This document shows positions 1-7,172 of a stretch of 41,388 nucleotides of DNA, in pieces (position 1 is the first letter of the stretch; each line of letters opens with the position of its first letter). Made by a program: the position numbers and the translations under genes. The notes beneath the pieces are model-generated. The model worked only from the letters and a program-made list of their open reading frames with translations. It searched no databases and was not told the DNA's origin. This stretch comes from a virus. Taxonomy: Duplodnaviria > Caudoviricetes. The stretch lies in IMG/VR virus record IMGVR_UViG_3300048574_000429, positions 1 through 41,388 of that record; one strand, written 5' to 3'.

Positions 1-453
1 CTATACGGCATCTGCAACCCCTACATTCGGTGCATCCTCTTTTTTATTTTGAATTGAACTCTCAAGCATAGAGTTCAGTCTTTTGATTTCTTCCCGTTGA
101 AATGAGATTGTCTCTTTGAGTGAATCTATATAGTCCTGTATTAGTGCGTTGTCTGTATTGTTGCTCTGATTTTCTTTAAGAAATTCAGGGTTCTTTTGCA
201 CAAAATCAAGGGATGCTTTTGTGTGCTCTTCTTCTCCCTCAAAGATGGATCCTTCCCCTGTAAGAAGCCAATCCATCATAAATTGAGGATATGTTGATTT
301 TATTGCTTTTGCAACATTGCCAGATAGTTTTTTTGTTCTACCTCTTTGAATATCATAAATTCTCTGATATTCAACACCTATATTCTTAGCAAGAGTTGGT
401 GCTTTAAGATTAAGGAAGGTAAGAATAAAATCTATAATGTCAGCTCCATTCAT
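1..453 (-). CDS. CI-like XRE HTH repressor
   Basis: N-terminal HTH (LAKNIGVEYQRIYDIQRGRTKK) and DWLLTGEG motif; divergent from a cro-like gene. Confidence 0.85.
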   Translation of the reverse strand: MNGADIIDFILTFLNLKAPTLAKNIGVEYQRIYDIQRGRTKKLSGNVAKAIKSTYPQFMMDWLLTGEGSIFEGEEEHTKASLDFVQKNPEFLKENQSNNTDNALIQDYIDSLKETISFQREEIKRLNSMLESSIQNKKEDAPNVGVADAV

Positions 454-462
454 ACTGGTATG

Positions 463-594
463 TTGGAAATATCCTATATGCTTTTAATGTTGATTGTAGG
501 CTTTGATAACTGTAGCTTACTACGTGGCATGTTAAAAGACATTAAATATAGGAAATATCCAGTATTGTCATGTCGTGATACAGGAAAAATCCTA
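463..594. promoter_or_regulatory. Three putative repressor operators (consensus nnGGAAAwATCCnn)
   Basis: TTGGAAATATCCTA 463-476, TAGGAAATATCCAG 549-562, CAGGAAAAATCCTA 581-594, all quasi-palindromic, in the cI-cro intergenic region. Confidence 0.7.
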
Positions 595-602
595 TATCTT
601 TG
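595..602 (+). promoter_or_regulatory. Bacteroidota -7 element of the rightward (lytic) promoter
   Basis: TATCTTTG matches TAnnTTTG and abuts the third operator. Confidence 0.7.
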
Positions 603-623
603 CATTATCAAATTAAACCTTTG

Positions 624-631
624 CAAAGGTA
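624..631 (-). promoter_or_regulatory. Bacteroidota -7 element of the leftward (repressor) promoter
   Basis: CAAAGGTA on plus = TACCTTTG on minus. Confidence 0.6.
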
Positions 632-671
632 AACAAATTATTTACCGAACACAATACCCAAAAAAAGGTAT

Positions 672-902
672 ATGGAAACAAGACAGTACACATTCAAAGA
701 GGCTTATGACAATCTTCCTGCCATTGAGCAGCGAAAAGTTAGAGAGACAATTATGACCATTTTAGGGGTGACTACTGATATGGCAATTTACCAAAAGTTG
801 AACAACGAAAAATGGGAACCTAGATATTCAGAGGCTATAAAAATTAATGCCTTGTTTGGTATTTATCATATGTCAATTCGCTGGCCGAATCAATCTAAAT
901 AA
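672..902 (+). CDS. Cro-like small DNA-binding protein
   Basis: 76 aa, first gene divergent from the repressor, HTH-like pattern. Confidence 0.65.
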   Translation: METRQYTFKEAYDNLPAIEQRKVRETIMTILGVTTDMAIYQKLNNEKWEPRYSEAIKINALFGIYHMSIRWPNQSK

Positions 903-911
903 CTTACGATA

Positions 912-1265
912 ATGGAACCTACTCCTGAACTGACACCCAGAGAAAACCAAATTGCCGGTTTGATCTCCACCGGACTTGCAAAGAAAGAAGTAGCCGATTT
1001 ATTGAAAATCAGTACTGGAACTGTTGAGACTACAGTAAAGCATATTTATGAGAAAACTGGTCTCGGAAAAATGAATGAGCTAACAGCATGGTGGTTGATT
1101 AAGTATCTGAAATTAAATGTTGATTTGAATGATATGAGACGTAGTATCATGGCATTCGGCTTGCTTTTACTTTTTGTGTTTGATTTGACTTTTCATAGTG
1201 ATGATATGTTGATGAGGCATAGACGCTCCAGACGGCAAGAAAATGAAATTGAAATAATAGCATAA
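912..1265 (+). CDS. LuxR-type HTH protein with C-terminal hydrophobic helix and basic tail
   Basis: LTPRENQIAGLISTGLAKKEVADLLKISTGTVETTVKHIYEK is a LuxR HTH signature. Confidence 0.85.
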   Translation: MEPTPELTPRENQIAGLISTGLAKKEVADLLKISTGTVETTVKHIYEKTGLGKMNELTAWWLIKYLKLNVDLNDMRRSIMAFGLLLLFVFDLTFHSDDMLMRHRRSRRQENEIEIIA

Positions 1266-1266
1266 C

Positions 1267-1509
1267 ATGGCATCATCTGTAATTATTGACATATCGCAAA
1301 AACGTTGGATGAGTGAAGATGAGGCTTGTACATATACTTCATTGAGTAGACGTACATTGTTTGAAGCAAGAGAGCTGAGACATATACCTTATCGTTTATT
1401 GGGGAGAAAAGTTGTATATGATCGTATTGACCTAGATACTTACATGGAGCGACTTGAGCTACATAAAGATGGTAGAATAAGAAGGGCCTTAAATAAATCT
1501 TTGAGATGA
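1267..1509 (+). CDS. Excisionase-like HTH protein
   Basis: WMSEDEACTYTSLSRRTL...IPYRLLGRKVVYDRIDLD pattern (HTH_17-like). Confidence 0.75.
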   Translation: MASSVIIDISQKRWMSEDEACTYTSLSRRTLFEARELRHIPYRLLGRKVVYDRIDLDTYMERLELHKDGRIRRALNKSLR

Positions 1510-1613
1510 ACAATTTTGTAAAGAAGATGATAGATGACCCTATAACCTATGTCATTGGTTTGATTGTGGCAATGGCCATATCGGTATGCTGGGCCACTGG
1601 GGTTTTTAATTAA
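1506..1613 (+). CDS. 35-aa single-TM peptide (not in ORF track)
   Basis: ATGA overlap with the upstream stop; MNNFVKKMIDDPITYVIGLIVAMAISVCWATGVFN. Confidence 0.55.
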   Translation: MNNFVKKMIDDPITYVIGLIVAMAISVCWATGVFN

Positions 1614-1724
1614 TTGAGATCGATGGCCAGTCCGAATACTCCAATACAGATTGATATATTCAATCAGCATGAAAGTTCAGAAAAAGATACTCGGTTGAGG
1701 TTGAAAACTGGACAGTGGTGCACT

Positions 1725-2366
1725 ATGCAACAAAAGACGTTTGAGTCTAAATATAAGCACCTGTCGCAAACTGAATCAGAGCGTGATCTCTATAAACAGC
1801 AGGTTGAGGAGTTGACAATACTAAATCAATCGTATAAAGAAGAAATCGACCGTTTGAATAAACTAATAAACCGCCGAAAGGCACAAATAAATGCAGCTAT
1901 GAATACATGGTTTGAATGTAAAATTAAGTATGAGAAGACCGGTGAAGACGGTTTGCCTAAAAGAGTTGTTGAACCCTATTTGGTGGATGCACTTTCGTTT
2001 ACCGAAGCTGAAGCGCGTATCACAGAAGAGATAAAGCCATTTATAAGTGGTGATTTTACGGTGAGTAATATTCGCAGGGCTCATATTGCGGAACTATTTG
2101 AAAATCCCTCCGGTGATCGATGGTACCGAGCAAAAGTCAACTTTATTACTCTGGATGAGGAAAAAGGAATTGAAAAGCTACATCCGGTTGCGATGATGGT
2201 ACAGGCTTCGTCTTTCAAAGAAGCAACAGATTTGCTTATTGATAGACTGAGTACAACGCTATCAGATTGGAAGATTGTGACAATTAAGGAAACGGATATT
2301 ATTGACATCTACAAATATGATGGTTCATCTGAAGAGTCAGAGACAGAGAAAGAAGCGAGTGTTTAA
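1725..2366 (+). CDS. DUF4494-like protein with N-terminal coiled-coil extension (start uncertain)
   Basis: WFECKIKYEK...EPYLVDALSFTEAEARITEE recognised as DUF4494; domain begins at ATG 1899. Confidence 0.75.
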   Translation: MQQKTFESKYKHLSQTESERDLYKQQVEELTILNQSYKEEIDRLNKLINRRKAQINAAMNTWFECKIKYEKTGEDGLPKRVVEPYLVDALSFTEAEARITEEIKPFISGDFTVSNIRRAHIAELFENPSGDRWYRAKVNFITLDEEKGIEKLHPVAMMVQASSFKEATDLLIDRLSTTLSDWKIVTIKETDIIDIYKYDGSSEESETEKEASV

Positions 2367-2391
2367 GTTTTTAATTATCAACTTTTAATGT

Positions 2392-3204
2392 ATGAAAAAA
2401 ATTATTCTTGCAAGTATTTTACTTGCCGTATTGACCAGCTGCTATCGGGTAAAGCCAAATGCAGATCAAGAAAGTGTTTTAGTCTATAAGCCATGGTTCT
2501 TTGGACATGGGGGTGTAGAATCATCTCCAATATCGACAGGAGCAACATGGTGTGCGGCTACTACGGATCACTATGAGTTTACTATTACACCGGTAACTAT
2601 GACAGAAGAGTTCAAGAACATGATTACCGCAGACAATAATCCGGTAAGTTTTGATGTGTATTTGAAGCTTCAGATACAAAAGGGTAATAGTCCTATCCTT
2701 TATCAAAAATTTGGATTAAACTGGTACCAAAACAACTTGCAGGCAGCATTTAGGACGATGGTCAGGGACAAGGCAAGTGCTTACAAAATGTTTGATCTAT
2801 CCAGCAAGCGCGAAATTTCTTCAAAATTGGAAACCGATCTATTTGATGGTATCTCCTCCTATGCAAAAATCTTAAAGATTCCGGTTAACATGTTGGGCGT
2901 TTCAATTGGGGCCGTTACTCCACCGGATGAAGTGCTGGCAGAAACAAAGAATACAGCAGCGCAAAATCAAGGTATCCTAACTCAGACAGCCCGTGCAAAC
3001 GCTGAGCTTGCTCGTAAGCAAGCAGAGATCAACAAAGCCATCGCGGACAAGGCGTACCAATCTCAAATGGGGATGTCTGTCGAACAATACTTACACCTCC
3101 GACAACTTGAGATTGAAAAAGAGAAAGTAGAGCTTATAAAAGACCATGCCAATGTGTCAATCATATTCGGGGGATCAAACAGTTTTTCATATCCGGTAAA
3201 ATAG
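2392..3204 (+). CDS. SPFH/band-7 domain lipoprotein
   Basis: Lipobox LTSC, ITADNNPVSFDVYL motif, C-terminal Ala/Glu/Lys coiled coil. Confidence 0.85.
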   Translation: MKKIILASILLAVLTSCYRVKPNADQESVLVYKPWFFGHGGVESSPISTGATWCAATTDHYEFTITPVTMTEEFKNMITADNNPVSFDVYLKLQIQKGNSPILYQKFGLNWYQNNLQAAFRTMVRDKASAYKMFDLSSKREISSKLETDLFDGISSYAKILKIPVNMLGVSIGAVTPPDEVLAETKNTAAQNQGILTQTARANAELARKQAEINKAIADKAYQSQMGMSVEQYLHLRQLEIEKEKVELIKDHANVSIIFGGSNSFSYPVK

Positions 3205-3234
3205 CCTGTTTCACTAACCAAAATCTGAGAAAGT

Positions 3235-3305
3235 CCGGGCGGGAGTGTTTGTTTGTGCTCATTAGGGATTGAATGTTGATGTTTATTGTTATTTCTCCCG
3301 CCCGG
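3235..3305 (+). ncRNA. GC-clamped stem-loop with U/G-rich loop; candidate antisense sRNA
   Basis: Perfect 11-bp stem CCGGGCGGGAG/CTCCCGCCCGG around a 49-nt loop. Confidence 0.55.
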
Positions 3306-3311
3306 CAAATC

Positions 3312-3381
3312 GCCTGATTAGTGAAATGGTATAACGAAGGTAGCACCTTAGTTTTCGGTTCGATTCCGAGGTCAGGCACCA
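3312..3381 (+). ncRNA. tRNA-like RNA with 3-nt anticodon loop and encoded CCA
   Basis: Acceptor GCCTGAT/GTCAGGC+ACCA, D-loop with TGGTA, T-arm TTCGG-TTCGATT-CCGAG, anticodon arm AAGGT-AGC-ACCTT. Confidence 0.8.
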
Positions 3382-3382
3382 C

Positions 3383-3590
3383 CCAGCAAAAGTGAACGCA
3401 TTGTCAAAAGCTGGAGATGACAATGATTAGGGGCGGATTACCGCCAAATCTACACACTACCTAAACGACGAACTACAGTAAATAGTGTTAGTTGGCAGCC
3501 GGGAAATAGCGGCAACACGCCTTGTTTTCGGTGATGTGGTACAGAACCGATGGTAGAAGGGAAAACCTAAGGCAGCCGGGAAAGACCGGC
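3383..3590 (+). ncRNA. Three structured modules, each ending in a GC-rich hairpin
   Basis: Two pseudoknot-compatible modules and one three-way junction; GGCAGCCGGGAAA occurs at 3494 and 3571. Confidence 0.5.
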
Positions 3591-3595
3591 AAAAC

Positions 3596-3713
3596 GGAGA
3601 TATGGCTAAAATGATAGAGCAGTATGTTAGTGCACAACATACGTCCATAATGTCAACGTGGCTGTAATAGCGTAAAGCGGAAATTGGTGCCGGTTTGAGT
3701 CCGACTATCTCCA
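3596..3713 (+). ncRNA. tRNA-like RNA with expanded central region
   Basis: Acceptor GGAGATA/TATCTCC+A, D-arm GCT..AGC, stem GTATGTT/AACATAC, T-arm GCCGG-TTTGAGT-CCGAC. Confidence 0.65.
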
Positions 3714-3852
3714 CAAACCATTGATGATTCCGGTTAATACCCGGCGGCTCTTGTAGGCCGGATGCACGTCAAAACAGCAAGAAGGTTTTGAATCGCTAAG
3801 CAACGACAACGTACTGGTGAGGAACTTAGTTAAAGGGTATCCAGACACTTTT

Positions 3853-3884
3853 GAGAGATGCGGCAATACCGTCGCATCTCTTTT
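3853..3884 (+). terminator. Intrinsic terminator-like hairpin closing the ncRNA cluster
   Basis: AGAGATGCG..CGCATCTCT followed by a T-run. Confidence 0.6.
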
Positions 3885-3896
3885 ATAAAAAGCCTT

Positions 3897-4043
3897 ATGA
3901 AACAAAAGAAAAACACTTTAATGCGCAAATTCAAAGCTTTGATGCTTTGGCATGATCGTTTCTGGATGAGGCCGGAAAACAAGGACATGTTTTTATTAAT
4001 GCAAAATAACAGGCTTTTGAATCCTTTCGGGTTCTGGCTATAA
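3897..4043 (+). CDS. Small hypothetical protein
   Basis: ATG after the terminator, 48 aa, abuts the next gene. Confidence 0.4.
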   Translation: MKQKKNTLMRKFKALMLWHDRFWMRPENKDMFLLMQNNRLLNPFGFWL

Positions 4044-4053
4044 ATTGAATGTA

Positions 4054-4575
4054 ATGACGGACGACAAAGCGAGTTCAATTCTTGAAACCTATAATAAGTG
4101 GCGACGTGGTGCCAAAATTGAGCCACCACACCCCAGATTAGTTGGTATTGCGATAGATCATGTCGTCAAAAAATTAAAGCGAAAGAGTATGATTATAGCC
4201 ATTGATTTTGACGGAACTATTGTTTTTGAAGATCATCCTAAAATAGGGACACTTTTACCTTATGCAAAAGAAGTAATCAACAAACTGTATGCAGCGGGTC
4301 ATTACATCATTATTTGGAGTTGCCGCACAGGTAAAGAGGCTAGAGACGCGGTTGATTTTTTGAATGATGAGGGTCTCCGGTTTCATGCTTTCAATGAAGG
4401 GCATCCGGCGAATATTGCTAAATATGGTGATACTGGCCGAAAAATATACTACGACATCTTGATAGATGACAAAGCTCTCGGATTTGTATCAGATTGGCAT
4501 CAGATAGAAAAGCAGGTTGAGACCCGTCTTGAGATGTTTGATTATGAATATTCTTTTTTAACGCAAAGAATATGA
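4054..4575 (+). CDS. HAD-superfamily phosphatase-like protein with extra N-terminal domain
   Basis: IIAIDFDGTIV, IIIWSCR and DILIDDK motifs. Confidence 0.85.
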   Translation: MTDDKASSILETYNKWRRGAKIEPPHPRLVGIAIDHVVKKLKRKSMIIAIDFDGTIVFEDHPKIGTLLPYAKEVINKLYAAGHYIIIWSCRTGKEARDAVDFLNDEGLRFHAFNEGHPANIAKYGDTGRKIYYDILIDDKALGFVSDWHQIEKQVETRLEMFDYEYSFLTQRI

Positions 4576-4952
4576 CATTCAGAGCAAAACCAATCAACGG
4601 AGGCGAATGGGTAATTGGAGACTATATCTGGCGTGCCGATTATAATAAGCATTTCATTGTGTCGCACGAGAATGACAAAGATGCCTGGCACACCGTGAAA
4701 CCGTCCACGCTGGGTATATGCTTAGATATGCAGGATAAATCCGGAAAACCTATTTATGCTTCTTTCTACATCGGAAATGTACTTACCAAAGGTGGGTCGC
4801 TGGTTTTTATTGAGGATCATAACGCCATTTTCCATGTGTTGATAAATTCATACACCTGCCAACTCGTTGCAAAAAATAATAAATGCAGTATGCCTTTGCC
4901 ATTTACCGCTGAGGTTGTTGGTAATTACCAGGACAACAAAGAACTTTTATAA
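4572..4952 (+). CDS. YopX-like phage protein
   Basis: FRAK..GEWVIG, DKSGKPIY and EVVGNYQDNKELL motifs. Confidence 0.7.
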   Translation: MTFRAKPINGGEWVIGDYIWRADYNKHFIVSHENDKDAWHTVKPSTLGICLDMQDKSGKPIYASFYIGNVLTKGGSLVFIEDHNAIFHVLINSYTCQLVAKNNKCSMPLPFTAEVVGNYQDNKELL

Positions 4953-4963
4953 AAAACTACATC

Positions 4964-5290
4964 ATGACTGATTCATCACTTCGACAGCTTGAAAAAGCAG
5001 GTGTCAATCCTGCTGAGGTCTCAACAGATATAAATCTGATGTATGTCCTTTCCGACATACAAGAAACGCTTTGTCTGCGTGTTGAGGAAAATCTAAAGAA
5101 AGCTGGAGCTTTTCGATTCAACGACAAGCAAAATATCATTACCATAAAACGAGCTGCCGGAAATATGCGAAGATTTGCCGATGAGGCATTGAAATATGAT
5201 GCCGCTTGTGCATTTGGCGATGATAGCGACGAGCTGCTATCTGTAATAATGAATCATATTACATCAAAGCGCAATGGCTCGAAGAAATGA
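4964..5290 (+). CDS. Hypothetical protein
   Basis: In-operon ORF with A-rich start. Confidence 0.7.
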   Translation: MTDSSLRQLEKAGVNPAEVSTDINLMYVLSDIQETLCLRVEENLKKAGAFRFNDKQNIITIKRAAGNMRRFADEALKYDAACAFGDDSDELLSVIMNHITSKRNGSKK

Positions 5291-5444
5291 TATTTATACC
5301 TCTGAAGGTGCTCCGAGAAAAAAGAAACCGTCTCTTAAACAAGATCGGGAAACTGATCTGGAAATGCTCAAAAAGGCAAAGAAGATGGATGAGGGTAAAA
5401 CACCGGTAAGAGTCGGGAATTTAATAGTAATGAAAAGAGTTTAA
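5274..5444 (+). CDS. Basic 56-aa hypothetical protein (not in ORF track)
   Basis: MARRNDIYTSEGAPRKKK...VMKRV fills the gap between neighbours. Confidence 0.55.
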   Translation: MARRNDIYTSEGAPRKKKPSLKQDRETDLEMLKKAKKMDEGKTPVRVGNLIVMKRV

Positions 5445-5465
5445 TAACCTACTAAAACAACAATT

Positions 5466-5789
5466 ATGGCAACTACACACCAACATTGCAGTACTAATTT
5501 TTTATTAGAAAGAAAGTATATCGGAGAAGGTAAATACTTCTTTAGAATGATCGTCAAAGGACTTAATGAAGAGGATGTATGGCAAGAACCAAAGCCTGAA
5601 AATAGAGATTTTACTATAAAAAGCATCCTTTCAAAGAAACCTTTTGCAGGTAATCTATCAGCAACTGTTTATAAAGAGTACGATAGCGTTGAGGGCATTA
5701 TGAAAGATCATACTTTCGATACGGCCACTACAGAATGGAAGCCTCTTTTGAATATAAGTGCAGCAAAACACCCAGAATACGGGTTTTAA
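5466..5789 (+). CDS. Hypothetical protein
   Basis: A-rich start context, operon position. Confidence 0.7.
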   Translation: MATTHQHCSTNFLLERKYIGEGKYFFRMIVKGLNEEDVWQEPKPENRDFTIKSILSKKPFAGNLSATVYKEYDSVEGIMKDHTFDTATTEWKPLLNISAAKHPEYGF

Positions 5790-5810
5790 TAACCACAAAC
5801 TACTATTACA

Positions 5811-6500
5811 ATGCCAACAAATAAAATTACACTTGACATTCCAGAGTTGAATGTAGAGGAGTTGAATGCAGAGACTAAAAAAGCGGCAATGAAAGCTGCT
5901 AAGGATGTTATATCTGAGTATTACAACGGATACAATAGTCCATTCAAAAAACAATTGAGAGAACATCTTGAATCAAAATCTATTGAATGGCCTTTTCAAC
6001 TGCCGGATGTTGTAAAGATGATTAATGAGGCTGTACAAGCAGAAGTAAATGCCATTGCCGCCAACAGTATAGCATTATCATATTTGCCAATGCTTACAAA
6101 TGCTATTTGTCGAATAGACGGAGACGTTAAGTTCTCTGATATTCTAAAAGAATTCAAAGCTGCTTTTTCTAATAATATTGATTTTTATTGTAATGTGGAT
6201 AAAAATGATTTTCACGAGTGGTTGAATGTTTCATTGACTTGTGATGGCCAAAAATATGAATTTACATTACATAAAGATACTTATCCGGAAACTGGTAAAT
6301 ATAAACTTTTAAGTATGCCTTATGGTAGAGGAAAATCTAAAGTTTCCTTTCTTGTGAATGAACAAAGGGTAGAACTTGAGCAACCGGCAACGAACTTGAG
6401 CAACCCATTTGACTGTTATTTAGTAAATCTTCTTATTTCAAAATCGAAAATAACAATGGATGTTTGTGATTTTGATGAAATAGATGATAGTGCGGATTAA
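5811..6500 (+). CDS. Hypothetical protein
   Basis: 229-aa ORF, operon position. Confidence 0.75.
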   Translation: MPTNKITLDIPELNVEELNAETKKAAMKAAKDVISEYYNGYNSPFKKQLREHLESKSIEWPFQLPDVVKMINEAVQAEVNAIAANSIALSYLPMLTNAICRIDGDVKFSDILKEFKAAFSNNIDFYCNVDKNDFHEWLNVSLTCDGQKYEFTLHKDTYPETGKYKLLSMPYGRGKSKVSFLVNEQRVELEQPATNLSNPFDCYLVNLLISKSKITMDVCDFDEIDDSAD

Positions 6501-6504
6501 TCAC

Positions 6505-6960
6505 ATGAGACATCTCGAAGCAGATATACAAGAGGCTTGTGTTAGGTGGTTCAGGTACCAGTACCAGAATTATGCTGCGATGTTGTTTGCCGTGCCAAAT
6601 GGGGGAAGCCGAAACACAAAAGAAGCTGAGAACCTGAAACGTCAGGGAGTGCTGGCCGGAGTGTCCGATCTGATATTGTTAGTCGGAAATGGTGAATTTA
6701 ACGCTCTGTGTGTTGAAATGAAGCAACCAAAAGGCAAACAGACGGAGAAACAAATAGAATGGCAGAAACAGGCTGCAAAGCACAAAAATAGATATGTGGT
6801 CTGTCACTCTATTGAAGAGTTTATAGATGAGGTACAAACTTATCTAAAAAATATGGATGAGGATAAAACGAAATGCCCGCATTGCGGAAAACGTCATCCT
6901 CTGGTAGCAATTAACGGAATTTGCGGCAAATGCGCTGAAACATTATTTGAAAAAAGGTGA
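6505..6960 (+). CDS. VRR-NUC domain nuclease with C-terminal Zn-ribbon
   Basis: EADIQ..AVPNGG..GVLAGVSDL..VEMK..KQTEKQ motif set; CPHC..CGKC tail. Confidence 0.9.
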   Translation: MRHLEADIQEACVRWFRYQYQNYAAMLFAVPNGGSRNTKEAENLKRQGVLAGVSDLILLVGNGEFNALCVEMKQPKGKQTEKQIEWQKQAAKHKNRYVVCHSIEEFIDEVQTYLKNMDEDKTKCPHCGKRHPLVAINGICGKCAETLFEKR

Positions 6961-6964
6961 GATT

Positions 6965-7168
6965 ATGGAGGCAGATGTAAAAGGTGCTTTGACACACCTA
7001 AGAAAAGGTCACCCTGTTTCATTTGAACATAGGGGTAAACTAATGACTCGTCGTCAAGCGTTGGCTGTCTTGGAATTTGCGGATCAGTCAGCTATTTCCA
7101 GCACAAATGAAATACCAGATAATGTTATTGACGACATTATAGACAAAGTAAACAAAGGAAGACTTTGA
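6965..7168 (+). CDS. Hypothetical protein
   Basis: Short in-operon ORF. Confidence 0.6.
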   Translation: MEADVKGALTHLRKGHPVSFEHRGKLMTRRQALAVLEFADQSAISSTNEIPDNVIDDIIDKVNKGRL

Positions 7169-7172
7169 TATT

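Noticed and set aside
1-453. Second att site
   Set aside because: No copy of the tRNA-Pro 3' end was seen; the 16452-16520 element has a different T-arm sequence, so the other att is probably outside the window
346-756. 136-aa plus-strand ORF
   Set aside because: Overlaps cI, the operators and cro; a shadow ORF
3382-3450. HDV-like theta ribozyme after the tRNA-like element
   Set aside because: The position fits, but I could not build the P3/P1.1 nested double pseudoknot; no hammerhead core either
3063-3905. Minus-strand ORFs across the ncRNA region
   Set aside because: They oppose operon direction, resemble no known protein and overlap clear RNA structures
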